Shown in pieces: positions 45,604 to 55,070 of a stretch of DNA of 60,489 bases (its first letter is position 1; every line of letters begins with the position of its first letter). The notes below the pieces were generated by a model that searched no databases, had not been told where the DNA came from, and saw nothing but the letters and a program-made list of their open reading frames with translations. The translations under genes were made by a program, and so were the position numbers. The stretch comes from a virus (Duplodnaviria > Caudoviricetes), in the IMG/VR virus record IMGVR_UViG_3300037336_000242, positions 1 to 60,489 of that record, one strand, 5' to 3'.

Positions 45604-47898
45604 TCAAGCAAACACATCACGCCCACCCATACCAAGCCCACCGGTCACAGCATGCGCGATAGCTCGATCTGCGACGTTTTGGCCTATGGCGTCTGGTGAT
45701 TGCGCGATAGTCACCACTTGTGGCGTGCTACGGGTTAGCTGTTCACGCACAGGCGGCATAGCAGGGAATTTAGGCGCGTTAGGGGCTTGCCGATTGCTAA
45801 ACGCTGCCATAGGCGACGTTGGCACCAATGACGCGGCGGCGGGTAGACTAGGAATGCTAGGTATCGCCATGCTGGTTGTGTTTGGCGCAGCGGGGGCGGG
45901 TAGTGTTTCGGCTCGTTCAGCTAGGGCTGCGGGCGTTGCTGGTAATACGGTTTTTTCGGTTGCGGCGGGTTGCGGGGTTGCGGGTTGCTGTGGGGTTGCA
46001 ACAGGTGCGCCTGTTGCCGCTGTTTCTGATAATGGCGCATCAGGAAAGAAGTTTATGCTTCTATGCCTGCGAAAAACCGCATTATTAACCGCCTCGCCTT
46101 TATCAATAACCCCATCTTTATTGACATCAAGCGCGGCGTTTTTGTTGTAGGCACTTGGATGTTTGGTCTTTGTGTAGCCGCCATTAGGCACACCAAGTAC
46201 AGCGTTATACATATCAGCAATGCTTGTTTTATTGCCGCCGATTTTTGAGTCCTTCATGTATCGCTCGACATACTGCATCTGAGCTTCAAACGATAGTCCG
46301 CCAAATTCATCACGGCTCATTCCGTAATACTTGCCACGAGTCCCGCCCGATCCTTCGATGAATTGCAGCAATCCAGTGGCCGAAGTAGGCGTTTGTCCCT
46401 TGGCGGCCTTGTTTCTTATAGATGGATCGAAAGTCCCGCCCGTCTCAAAAGATATGATTGCAGCCAAGTCATTTGGATTAACCCCTAATCGCTGTGCAGA
46501 CGCTTTTATGGCAGCAGCCTTGTCTGGCGTGAATGTTCGCGATGGCCGCGCACTTCTACCCACAGCAGCAGTTTCACCCTCACCACTTGCCACGCCTTGA
46601 CTACCGATCTGCGTTTCCTCTAAACGCAACCTATCCCCACCTCTAAACTTAGAAGTAACCGCGTTGATACCACCAATAACCCCATTCACTAGGCCAATAG
46701 CTTTGCGATTAACTGCGCCTACAAAGCCTGTATTACTCGACCCGTCCGAATTAAGCGAACCTTGTTGACCCTCTGGTCTTGCAGCATCCATCTCTGAAGA
46801 TTTTTCATCGACCCAATCAGTCACCTTGTCCACAGCAGCTTTTGCAAGATAAGCCGTAACCGCCGCAACTACCGCTGGAATCATCACCGGCAACATTCGC
46901 AGCATCGCGCCGCCGCTCATACCAGCACTTTGCGCCCTAACGGTATCGACCAGCCGCCCCCAAAACTTCCGTTCCTCGCGGTTGTGGTCTTCCTGTGCGG
47001 CTGGCAGTGGTTCAGCCTTTTTGTTGCGCTTCCACAGCATCGAAATGGGCTTTAGTGCAAAGCTGGCAGCCTTGCCCACAGGCGACAACAAACCGCCCAA
47101 CTCATTCAGCGCGTCAACAGTAGGGTCAACACCCTGCGCATTGGGCATACCAGCGGTTACGCCACCCGTGACCGCATTTTTAAACTTATCGAACCAAGAC
47201 CTATCCCCCGCCCCCTCAAATTGACCATTAGCCCCACGGCGGCGGCCATTGTTCACGCGCCCGTCTGTGTTTTCAGGCGTTGCAGCGTCATCGGCCACAC
47301 TATCAGCACCCCCCGCCTGATTCCGTGGCACAAAACGCCCCCTAGCATCGCGCACAGCAGGCGCTGGAGCGTTAGGCGCTACGCTGGTAGCATCTGCATC
47401 ACTTGGCGCGTTAGAAGGCGAAATAGGCGCTACAGCAGGGCTTGCGGTATCAACCACCGCGTCAGTAGGCAGTAACGGTTGCGGGGTAACTACAGGCGGC
47501 GTAGCAGTTGCGGTATCCATCACAGCGTCTGGCAGTGGCAATGCAGACACAAAACGCCCTCTAGCGTCACGCATCGCGGCGGGTCGATTGGTTGCATCGC
47601 GCTGGATAGAATCCTGTTCACGCGGCGCACGACTGCGACGGACACCCCCTTGCTCATTACGCACCACGTCAACAGTCGCACGCGCTTGCACAGTGGCAAT
47701 AGCCGCCGCCAATGCGCCCAATTGGTTAGCAGGCGGGTTTGCCTCGCGTTGCTCTAACATGCCTTTGAGCAGGCGCACAATTTCCTGCGTGTCATCGCTA
47801 ACCGACCGCACCACGCGCTCAAGCCGTTTTTGACCGACCAAAAAACCTAAACTATCGGATAGCAGGCCATGATCCCGCTGGTTAAAATCATCCATCAC
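45604..47898 (-). CDS. Sit-like tape-measure/lytic transglycosylase protein
   Basis: AAIISFETGG...SATGLLQF...MYNAV transglycosylase motifs; hydrophobic mid segment; Pro/Ala linkers. Confidence 0.75.
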   Translation of the reverse strand: MMDDFNQRDHGLLSDSLGFLVGQKRLERVVRSVSDDTQEIVRLLKGMLEQREANPPANQLGALAAAIATVQARATVDVVRNEQGGVRRSRAPREQDSIQRDATNRPAAMRDARGRFVSALPLPDAVMDTATATPPVVTPQPLLPTDAVVDTASPAVAPISPSNAPSDADATSVAPNAPAPAVRDARGRFVPRNQAGGADSVADDAATPENTDGRVNNGRRRGANGQFEGAGDRSWFDKFKNAVTGGVTAGMPNAQGVDPTVDALNELGGLLSPVGKAASFALKPISMLWKRNKKAEPLPAAQEDHNREERKFWGRLVDTVRAQSAGMSGGAMLRMLPVMIPAVVAAVTAYLAKAAVDKVTDWVDEKSSEMDAARPEGQQGSLNSDGSSNTGFVGAVNRKAIGLVNGVIGGINAVTSKFRGGDRLRLEETQIGSQGVASGEGETAAVGRSARPSRTFTPDKAAAIKASAQRLGVNPNDLAAIISFETGGTFDPSIRNKAAKGQTPTSATGLLQFIEGSGGTRGKYYGMSRDEFGGLSFEAQMQYVERYMKDSKIGGNKTSIADMYNAVLGVPNGGYTKTKHPSAYNKNAALDVNKDGVIDKGEAVNNAVFRRHRSINFFPDAPLSETAATGAPVATPQQPATPQPAATEKTVLPATPAALAERAETLPAPAAPNTTSMAIPSIPSLPAAASLVPTSPMAAFSNRQAPNAPKFPAMPPVREQLTRSTPQVVTIAQSPDAIGQNVADRAIAHAVTGGLGMGGRDVFA

Positions 47899-48769
47899 GC
47901 TCGCCTATTTCTTCAAAACCATCATAGTTGTCAGTATCGACTATAACCTCTTCATCACCTGTGACTGGTTCATCTGCATCCATCGCGGCCACATCGCGGT
48001 ATCTAAACTGCTGATAGCCTTGCGCCATTCGATCCATCTTTTCCTTAGTCTTGGCCTTCAATTCCTCAATCTTCATCGACGTGGCCTCAGCCCGTGCCTG
48101 CTTGTCCTTGAAGTCATCAGGGTCTAGGCCATGCAAGGCGACTAGGTTTTGATTGCTGATCAGGTTCGACTTGGTAAGGATTGCCAGAATCTGCGAACTA
48201 CCCGATATAGCCGCCATCTGAGCGGTTGCCAGCTCGACTGCTTCGACGCTTTTACAGGCGTCAATTGTTTCTAGGTATTTAAGCAGACGTTGGGCAATCA
48301 TCACCTCTGAACCGAAAATAGTAACAGTGTGCGCCCGCATGGTTCGCACCAATTTTCGAGAATCGCTAAGGCGCTCAAGTAGCTGTTTTGGCGGTTCTGG
48401 CAGTCGTTCTAAAACGGCAAACCCAGATTCGCTATCACTAACAACAGTGACTGTTAAATCATCGGTTGTTTCAGTGCTTAAAACAACATCGCAATCATTT
48501 GTTTCTGCTGTGCTTTCATCGCTAAACTCACTAACAATTTCAGCTAGTTTTTTAGCAGTGGTTTTAACCCCTTTTTTGACGATTTTTTTGTTAGCCTTGC
48601 GCCACTTTTCACGCGCCTGTTTGCGGGTCACGGTCGGAATGCTAGGAACCTCAACACTCAGATGATCAGCCACTTGCTCAAGTATGGTTTTCCAGCTTGT
48701 CGATAGTGGGGCGACCTCCCAAAACTCACGGATGCACTGCCACACTTTAGGGTTATAGGACGTCGCCAC
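47888..48769 (-). CDS. Candidate terminase small subunit (N-terminal HTH)
   Basis: WQCIREFWE...SIPTVTRKQAREKW HTH-like start typical of TerS, helical C-terminus. Confidence 0.5.
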   Translation of the reverse strand: MATSYNPKVWQCIREFWEVAPLSTSWKTILEQVADHLSVEVPSIPTVTRKQAREKWRKANKKIVKKGVKTTAKKLAEIVSEFSDESTAETNDCDVVLSTETTDDLTVTVVSDSESGFAVLERLPEPPKQLLERLSDSRKLVRTMRAHTVTIFGSEVMIAQRLLKYLETIDACKSVEAVELATAQMAAISGSSQILAILTKSNLISNQNLVALHGLDPDDFKDKQARAEATSMKIEELKAKTKEKMDRMAQGYQQFRYRDVAAMDADEPVTGDEEVIVDTDNYDGFEEIGERDG

Positions 48770-48772
48770 AGA

Positions 48773-49537
48773 TCAGCCCTCACATTCTGTGTCGATCACC
48801 TCTGACACCCGCGCCCACGACAACGGCAATTGTCGAATGCTTTTTCGACCTCGCTTGTTACGCGGTTTTTGGTTTGCCAGTGGTAGCGACGTGCAAGGGT
48901 AGCGCTTTAATCGCGGTATAGCGTCCGACCCCAAATGATGACGCGGGTCATCGCTTTGGCGTTCTAGCACTGCATCCAATGCCATGTTATATCCAGTCAG
49001 ATTAACCGCTTGCGCCTTGTCAAATTCCTGCACAACCTTAAACATCATAAAAATGGCATGGCCCAGCAGGGGGTGCGCTTGCTTAATCTGATCATGTTCT
49101 TTTTTGGTGTATTCACGCCATACCAGCTTGGCCGCCTCCATCAAGGCCAGTGCATGCGGCTTAGGCATCGCTGCGATATAGTTAGCCGATAGCCGTGATA
49201 AGCCCTCGACCATCTGTTGTACTGAGCTGGCAGCAATTTCTGACAGCCCGTTATAAATCAGGCCAACACGCCCCGCTGTTTGGTCGATTTCAGGTTCAGC
49301 ACTGATTCCGCAGATATAGTCCGCACTAACCCCGTATAGCAGGCACAACTCACTAAGCAGCTCAGCATCTGGTAACGATTTTCCCGATTCCATCTCACTG
49401 ATACGGTTTTTCTGATTGGTTGTTTCATGCCAGACAATGTGCATCACGTCTGACTGCGAGTAACCCGCCAAGCGCCGTGCACTTGCTAGGTTTGCACCGA
49501 TTAACGCCCGTTTTTGTAGATCATGCCGCTTTGCCAC
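48773..49537 (-). CDS. XRE-family HTH regulator
   Basis: IGANLASARRLAGYSQ...ISEMESGKSLPD...LYGVSADYI. Confidence 0.85.
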   Translation of the reverse strand: MAKRHDLQKRALIGANLASARRLAGYSQSDVMHIVWHETTNQKNRISEMESGKSLPDAELLSELCLLYGVSADYICGISAEPEIDQTAGRVGLIYNGLSEIAASSVQQMVEGLSRLSANYIAAMPKPHALALMEAAKLVWREYTKKEHDQIKQAHPLLGHAIFMMFKVVQEFDKAQAVNLTGYNMALDAVLERQSDDPRHHLGSDAIPRLKRYPCTSLPLANQKPRNKRGRKSIRQLPLSWARVSEVIDTECEG

Positions 49538-49622
49538 AAAACACCCCTTTTGGCTTCATCATCGGTGCCTAGCCACCACGCTAGACAGATGCCCCACGGT
49601 AATTATGGGGCATTTCGATTGA

Positions 49623-49892
49623 TCAAATGGACTTTTTCAGGTTAGGACTTGCCTTAAAAACCACTTTGCGACCAGCGGGAATGACCAGCACCTCGCCTGT
49701 TTGTGGATTGCGACCCGCACGCTCGGCTGTTTCTTTCAAGCACCACTCACCAAAGCCTGAAACCTTTACGCAACCACCGGCAATCAATTCAGCCGAAATA
49801 ACCTCTACCGCCGCCGCCAACATTCGCGCCGTTTGTGCCTTGCTTAAACCTGCATGTGCTGCAACGGCAGCCACCAATTCAGACTTAATCAT
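49623..49892 (-). CDS. HU-family DNA-binding protein
   Basis: KSELVAAVA...GFGEW...ERAGRNPQTGE...VFKASPNLK. Confidence 0.92.
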   Translation of the reverse strand: MIKSELVAAVAAHAGLSKAQTARMLAAAVEVISAELIAGGCVKVSGFGEWCLKETAERAGRNPQTGEVLVIPAGRKVVFKASPNLKKSI

Positions 49893-49901
49893 CACTTGCT
49901 C

Positions 49902-50513
49902 CTATACCTGAACCACAGGCTTGCTAAAAAAACTGGGCTGCAACATTGCTAAAATCTTGTCGATGATTATATCGCGCACTTTGTCGACAGGGTCATCTGC
50001 GACCACCAGCATCGGCACACCGTGCGCCCGTAAAAACTCTGGTATTGGCTTGCTGTAAATCTGCTGCAACTTGATCGCTTCAGCGTGCGTTTCATGCTCT
50101 CCAACCACGCCACGACTAGCAATTCGCTGCAAAGCGGTATCAGCACTACTGCTTAGCTTAAAGACTAAATCGGGCTTGTACAGACCTTGCGCTTGCAAGG
50201 CGACAGATATGGCCGCATGCACGTCATCACACCCCGCCAAACAGCCCTGATAAGCCAACGTGCTAACCCACGACCGGTCCATCAGCACATAATCGTAATT
50301 TTCCTTGACCAAAAAACCACGCTCCAAGACATACCAGTCCCGCATCCGTCGCACATACCACATCGCACGCGCTGCCGGGTCACGCTGGATACCGTCATAC
50401 AGCCAACAAACTGTTTTGACCTTAAAGCCAAGGTCAGTCAGCTCAGTAGCCACCGCCTGCACCGTGGTTGTCTTGCCGCATCCGTCCGCACCCTCAAAAG
50501 CGAAGATTTTCAT
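49902..50513 (-). CDS. tmk: Thymidylate (dTMP) kinase
   Basis: FEGADGCGKTT, MDRSWVSTLAYQG, PDL. Confidence 0.88.
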   Translation of the reverse strand: MKIFAFEGADGCGKTTTVQAVATELTDLGFKVKTVCWLYDGIQRDPAARAMWYVRRMRDWYVLERGFLVKENYDYVLMDRSWVSTLAYQGCLAGCDDVHAAISVALQAQGLYKPDLVFKLSSSADTALQRIASRGVVGEHETHAEAIKLQQIYSKPIPEFLRAHGVPMLVVADDPVDKVRDIIIDKILAMLQPSFFSKPVVQV

Positions 50514-50607
50514 GCGGTCACCCCAATTGCATTCGTTTTTAATTCCCTCGAATTCGGGGGGATTAGATTTCCGTCGATCCAATCGCCTGCAATATCAATC
50601 TTTTTCA

Positions 50608-51177
50608 TCACGGTACATGCTCCATAGAATTAAAAAAATCATCCGAGTAGCGATAGTGGATCTCGCCTGACGCATCTTTATAGACTTGGACGGGCGGTCT
50701 ACCGTCATCACGCGCGATGCCGGCAGGCTTTGCTGTCCCGATCAACTCATTTCGATCTGCCCAATCTTGAGCAACTTGCCCTGTGATCCAACTACTGTCT
50801 ACAGTAACATGTTCGGAATACAACATTCTTAGTCCTGCATCTTTGTCATCAGCATCGCGATAAAACACCGACCCGATACCCGCTTTAACGATCAACTCAG
50901 CACACTTGATGCAGGGCTGGCGCGTGACGTACAGTGTCCCGCCCACAGTGTCCTCGAGTGACCCAAAAACCGCATTGATCGCCATAGCCTCAGCATGCAC
51001 TACTGTTGCAAGCGTGCGACCGTCTGCGCCCTCGCAGCACTCTAGCTTGTCGTCATTGCGATTGTATCCAGTGTATTTTTCACTCAAAACACTGACCACC
51101 GCCCCGACCTGCGCACGCTTGCAGACAGACTTGAGCGCGATAGACTCAGCGAGTCGCATCATTTCGATATGATTCAT
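50608..51177 (-). CDS. dCMP deaminase-family protein
   Basis: QVGAVV, GYN, HAE, PCIKCA. Confidence 0.88.
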   Translation of the reverse strand: MNHIEMMRLAESIALKSVCKRAQVGAVVSVLSEKYTGYNRNDDKLECCEGADGRTLATVVHAEAMAINAVFGSLEDTVGGTLYVTRQPCIKCAELIVKAGIGSVFYRDADDKDAGLRMLYSEHVTVDSSWITGQVAQDWADRNELIGTAKPAGIARDDGRPPVQVYKDASGEIHYRYSDDFFNSMEHVP

Positions 51178-52037
51178 GTAGTCGCACCTCGAACCATTCC
51201 GCAATCCCCCATACACTCAAACGACGGCTCAGAATCGGGCAGGTCAAATAGACTGACTTGTCCAGCACTTGCCTTTAATGCTGATTTTTTTGCATTCGCC
51301 CAAAAACGACCGCTAGGAATGTGTTCAGTAGCCGGAACGCCAGCGGCTTGCATAGCAGAAAACACGCCCTCTTTATCTTCAAAAAAACCATCTGCGTGTA
51401 CGCTGTATCCAATCTCAGCTTCTGCCCACTTGGCTTTTTGCCAAATTTCGGGAAATTCGCAAAAAATGATATACCAGTGCTGCCAGCCAGCTTTTAGACA
51501 GCCTATGCAGTTAGCATGTGCAAACTTGCTGTATTGCTGCGGACGCGCAATCCCCACCTGCATCGTGCTTGTGATCGTCCGATTTTTCCACGTCAGCAGC
51601 GGAAAGTCGGTTTCATAGCCAGACTTGCCCATCATCGCCGCACGTCGAACAATTCGGGTCGGCTCGTTGGCATCCATGCCGTAGTAGTAAATATCGCCGT
51701 CCTGATGATTCTCAGAAATCCAGTTGTAAAAAGGCTGTGTTTTTAGTCGGTGCGTACACAAGATTGTGCGATTGGCTGGATTAACAAACGACTTAGCATC
51801 AACGCACACATCAAACTGATCTTTTGTGTCCCAGTGCGAGTGATTGGCATATGTGATCGGCAGGCCAAGATACTCAGATACCTCACGCTTAAAGCGCTTC
51901 ACGTCTGCGTCTTCGCTAGTTACGATAATGTCGTGATTCAGCAAAATCACATTTTCAGCGCCAAATTTACGCACAACCTCAATCGCTACAATTGCGCTTG
52001 AGTGTCCACCGCTAAAACAAACAATATGCTTACTCAT
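51174..52037 (-). CDS. PAPS reductase-like PP-loop protein
   Basis: FSGGHSS, CTHRLK, HANCIGCLK. Confidence 0.8.
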   Translation of the reverse strand: MSKHIVCFSGGHSSAIVAIEVVRKFGAENVILLNHDIIVTSEDADVKRFKREVSEYLGLPITYANHSHWDTKDQFDVCVDAKSFVNPANRTILCTHRLKTQPFYNWISENHQDGDIYYYGMDANEPTRIVRRAAMMGKSGYETDFPLLTWKNRTITSTMQVGIARPQQYSKFAHANCIGCLKAGWQHWYIIFCEFPEIWQKAKWAEAEIGYSVHADGFFEDKEGVFSAMQAAGVPATEHIPSGRFWANAKKSALKASAGQVSLFDLPDSEPSFECMGDCGMVRGATT

Positions 52038-52041
52038 TTAC

Positions 52042-52260
52042 TCAAGCCCGCCATATCATGTGTGGATTGTTTAATGGGTAGTCGATACCCGCCCGCTGAT
52101 GCCGCCCGTCACTCTCAAAGTACAGCCCGCATTTAGATAGCACTGGCTTTGCAGCCCAAAACGACAAGTCCCCCCAATTGTTTACCGTCGCATACCGCAC
52201 CCAATCAGGCGCGTTTTGAAACACCGAATGATCAAACACTCTAACCACGATAGCCCCCAC
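52042..52260 (-). CDS. Hypothetical phage protein
   Basis: FQNAPDWVRYATVNNWG..FWAAKP; tight packing in operon. Confidence 0.55.
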   Translation of the reverse strand: MGAIVVRVFDHSVFQNAPDWVRYATVNNWGDLSFWAAKPVLSKCGLYFESDGRHQRAGIDYPLNNPHMIWRA

Positions 52261-52459
52261 GCTTACGCTCTAAAACCTCTTGGCAGCCGATACACAGCGT
52301 GCAACCCCTAACTGCCTTTTGACGCACCAGCGGTATGTCACTCCCGCATTGTTCACACTCAGACAGCGATTCACCGACCACCTCTAACGCCTTAAACCGC
52401 GCTCGAACGTCTGCTAGTAGCTCCTGCTCTATCTGTGCCTGATCTGCAAAATCCGCCAT
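52241..52459 (-). CDS. TraR/DksA C4 zinc-finger protein
   Basis: MADFADQAQ, CEQCGSDIP..RQ....CTLCIGCQ. Confidence 0.92.
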   Translation of the reverse strand: MADFADQAQIEQELLADVRARFKALEVVGESLSECEQCGSDIPLVRQKAVRGCTLCIGCQEVLERKRGGYRG

Positions 52460-52986
52460 TAAATCAACTCCTGTTTGGGCACTATCGTCAGCGGAAAGGC
52501 CATGTATTTTTTAATCAGATCAATGGTTTCAATCGACCCATAACAAACTTCTGCCATGTAACCGATTGCCACCATTCGCTTGTGTGTTGAACGCTGTTCT
52601 GTTGCAACCGACCCGCCGCGCACCTTCATTTCAATAAACAACCCGCAATAACCCCCACGCGGCATATATAAAAACAGATCGGGAAAGCCCTTTTGTGTCC
52701 CCATCTTTTTGAGCCTTGCGCCTTCGGGACAGTAGGTCTGGCCGTTGGCGTTGGTCTTGGTTTCCCGTTTGCCACCGTTTGGACTGTGGTGCATGTAGCA
52801 GCTCAGCGGTTCGCCATTAAAAAACACGAATTTACTTGCCCACTCAATGACCGCCGCCTGTTCGTCATCCTCCATCGGACGTGTTGTTTTCCGAACATCG
52901 CGCACCAGTGGCGACCCCGCGCCAAACGGGTTTTTTGGCTTGGTTTTTGTGCCGTTAAAAGCATTTGTCCACGCGCTTCTGGTCAT
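52459..52986 (-). CDS. VRR-NUC nuclease (resolvase-like)
   Basis: EDDEQ, HSPNGG, GFPDL, FIEMK, EQ. Confidence 0.88.
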   Translation of the reverse strand: MTRSAWTNAFNGTKTKPKNPFGAGSPLVRDVRKTTRPMEDDEQAAVIEWASKFVFFNGEPLSCYMHHSPNGGKRETKTNANGQTYCPEGARLKKMGTQKGFPDLFLYMPRGGYCGLFIEMKVRGGSVATEQRSTHKRMVAIGYMAEVCYGSIETIDLIKKYMAFPLTIVPKQELI

Positions 52987-53225
52987 TTCGCACCATCCCA
53001 TTCCATCAATTCCGACCAAGATTCATCTTTGCGAACCGACCCGCTTACATTCCAGCGACAAGGGCCAGTGCATCCAAACCCGCGACTGTCTGGTTCCCAT
53101 GACCACCCAAACAGGGTTTTTTCCCGCGTGACAAAATCAGTGCTGATCTTTAGTGCTGTGACAAGATAACCAGTCACTGTCTGAGCCTTGCCCAATGCCA
53201 CAGCACGCCCCGCTGAAAAGCTCAT
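52983..53225 (-). CDS. Hypothetical protein
   Basis: Overlaps both neighbours by 4 nt. Confidence 0.5.
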   Translation of the reverse strand: MSFSAGRAVALGKAQTVTGYLVTALKISTDFVTREKTLFGWSWEPDSRGFGCTGPCRWNVSGSVRKDESWSELMEWDGAK

Positions 53226-53650
53226 TTGGAATCCCCTACTGCTTTGTAGTAGCGCCGCCCGTCACTGCCCGTCTTGCTACTCAATTGTTTATCTGCAATC
53301 AAGCGCCGCGTATCCATGACCACTTGCCGATAGTCCATCCCCATACCAACCAAATTAACGACTTCATCGACCGATACAGACCGCTCCAGCATCCTAACCA
53401 CACTTAAAACTGCTTGATGTCGCAAGGACTTGTGAACCAAAACACGCTTGGGTGCGTCGGCTTCATCATCGTCTTGCTCAAGAACCACCGCATGCCTGAT
53501 TGCAGCAACCACATAATCAGGCGTATCACCTGCCAAATACCGCGCATACAGGCCATCCAGCCGCGCCTTGGTGTATTCGCCTTGCATACGCATGCAGCGG
53601 TTAAATTCCATCGGTGCAACGGCTCTTTTTGGCCGAAAATTCACGCCCAT
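53222..53650 (-). CDS. Hypothetical protein with C-terminal winged-helix-like segment
   Basis: Coupled ORF in early operon. Confidence 0.55.
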   Translation of the reverse strand: MGVNFRPKRAVAPMEFNRCMRMQGEYTKARLDGLYARYLAGDTPDYVVAAIRHAVVLEQDDDEADAPKRVLVHKSLRHQAVLSVVRMLERSVSVDEVVNLVGMGMDYRQVVMDTRRLIADKQLSSKTGSDGRRYYKAVGDSK

Positions 53651-54025
53651 TCATTGATACTCCGATTTAGGCTTAAACTTGGCTGCTGTTGCCATCGCGT
53701 CGACTTTTGGATACTCAATATCCGCACACTCATCAAAAACATGCGAATCAAAATAAGCAGATACCGCCTCCATCAACTGAGCCAAAGATAGTTTTTCAGG
53801 CGGTCGATAGTTATAAGAACGCTTGACTGCCATTTTTTCAGGATGATCTGTCAGTGCGCCGCCTACCTTGATTGTGATTGACCACCACCGCGCAGGGGCT
53901 TCTTTGCAGCGCAACCGTAGCGCCGTGCCTGTAATCAGGCTTAGAAACGGTTCGCCGGCCATCTGGCGTGTGATAGACCACTGCATTGTCAGTGGCTTGT
54001 CTGCATTTGTTTTTTTAGCAGTCAT
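53651..54025 (-). CDS. Hypothetical protein
   Basis: Start MTAKK overlaps upstream stop. Confidence 0.55.
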   Translation of the reverse strand: MTAKKTNADKPLTMQWSITRQMAGEPFLSLITGTALRLRCKEAPARWWSITIKVGGALTDHPEKMAVKRSYNYRPPEKLSLAQLMEAVSAYFDSHVFDECADIEYPKVDAMATAAKFKPKSEYQ

Positions 54026-54225
54026 TGCCCAATCGCTCCCACCAGTTTCACGACAACGCGCTGACAAGCGCGTCCGCAGTGCATGCCAGGCACACCGACA
54101 ACAACCTCTAAAACCATGCCCTCGATTTCAAAGCGCTCTAACGGCCGGTACGATTCGCCGTAGTTAGGTAAAACAATCGTGTCGTTTGCGTGTAGTTTTT
54201 CGCGCTGTTGCTCAGAAATAATCAT
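54022..54225 (-). CDS. Hypothetical protein
   Basis: MIISEQQR start overlaps upstream stop (ATGA). Confidence 0.45.
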   Translation of the reverse strand: MIISEQQREKLHANDTIVLPNYGESYRPLERFEIEGMVLEVVVGVPGMHCGRACQRVVVKLVGAIGQ

Positions 54226-55070
54226 GCTGCACCCCTTGCCATTCCTGCAATCCAAGCAGGTACAGCACGACCCGCCGCCGCCATCGCGTCGCAATACTCA
54301 GTCGGATTTAAAAAGGGATCAGGCCATTCCATGGTTACCGCTTCACGCTGCACCAATGACTCAATTTGCCGCTGTTTGCGCTCTGCCAGCTCAGCATTCA
54401 GCCGTGCTTGTTTTTCCGGTAGTGACTCGGCGCCCATCGAAAACATCGCTTTCATCGCTGCAATTTGTGCCGCCGCCGCGCCCGCAATCGGGGCAGATTC
54501 AGATTTGATCTGTCCGATCATGGCCACGACTTGTTTTTGCTCGATTGCAGTCATCGGTTGTGTCTGTTCGATCTGTTGCATACGCTCTGCACGGATTGCA
54601 GCGGGTTCGTGCCCAAGCGACATAAACCACTCTGGTTTTTTGCCAGACATTTCGGCACGGGTCACAATCTGCGAGTAAGCCTCTTTAAAACCTTTTGAGT
54701 GGTCGAAAGAATGCTTACCGTCGTTAAGCGCTCTCACAGCGTCCCACGCCTGCCCAATCTCTGGGATGGTACGAACGGTCACGGACTCGTCTTGCGCGGC
54801 CATAGCGAGGCTTAGAGCGCGTTCTGGGCTAGGGTATCCAGTGCCGCTAACGTCCTTTGCAACTTCGATCAGTTCGCCCATCGCAATTCGCCGCCCTTGC
54901 ACAGCTACTTGCTCGATTGAGCGACGCGCTACGTCGTAACCGTAAGGGGTTAGTAATCGACCAATCATTTTTAAAGTGGTCGGCTCAAGCGATTGGCCGT
55001 TCAGCATTTGCCACGCGCCTGTCAACAGGTCGGCAATTTCGCGTTTTTGGTCTATCGTCATTTCGATCAT
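54222..55070 (-). CDS. Replication-associated protein (lambda P-like position)
   Basis: Directly downstream of initiator; PSPERAL...DESVTV...FKEAY...W.MSLG pattern. Confidence 0.6.
   Translation of the reverse strand: MIEMTIDQKREIADLLTGAWQMLNGQSLEPTTLKMIGRLLTPYGYDVARRSIEQVAVQGRRIAMGELIEVAKDVSGTGYPSPERALSLAMAAQDESVTVRTIPEIGQAWDAVRALNDGKHSFDHSKGFKEAYSQIVTRAEMSGKKPEWFMSLGHEPAAIRAERMQQIEQTQPMTAIEQKQVVAMIGQIKSESAPIAGAAAAQIAAMKAMFSMGAESLPEKQARLNAELAERKQRQIESLVQREAVTMEWPDPFLNPTEYCDAMAAAGRAVPAWIAGMARGAA

Noticed and set aside
54990-55010. CCGTTCAGCA shared with cryptic-array spacer 2
   Set aside because: A 10-nt match is expected by chance; no full self-targeting spacer was noticed by eye
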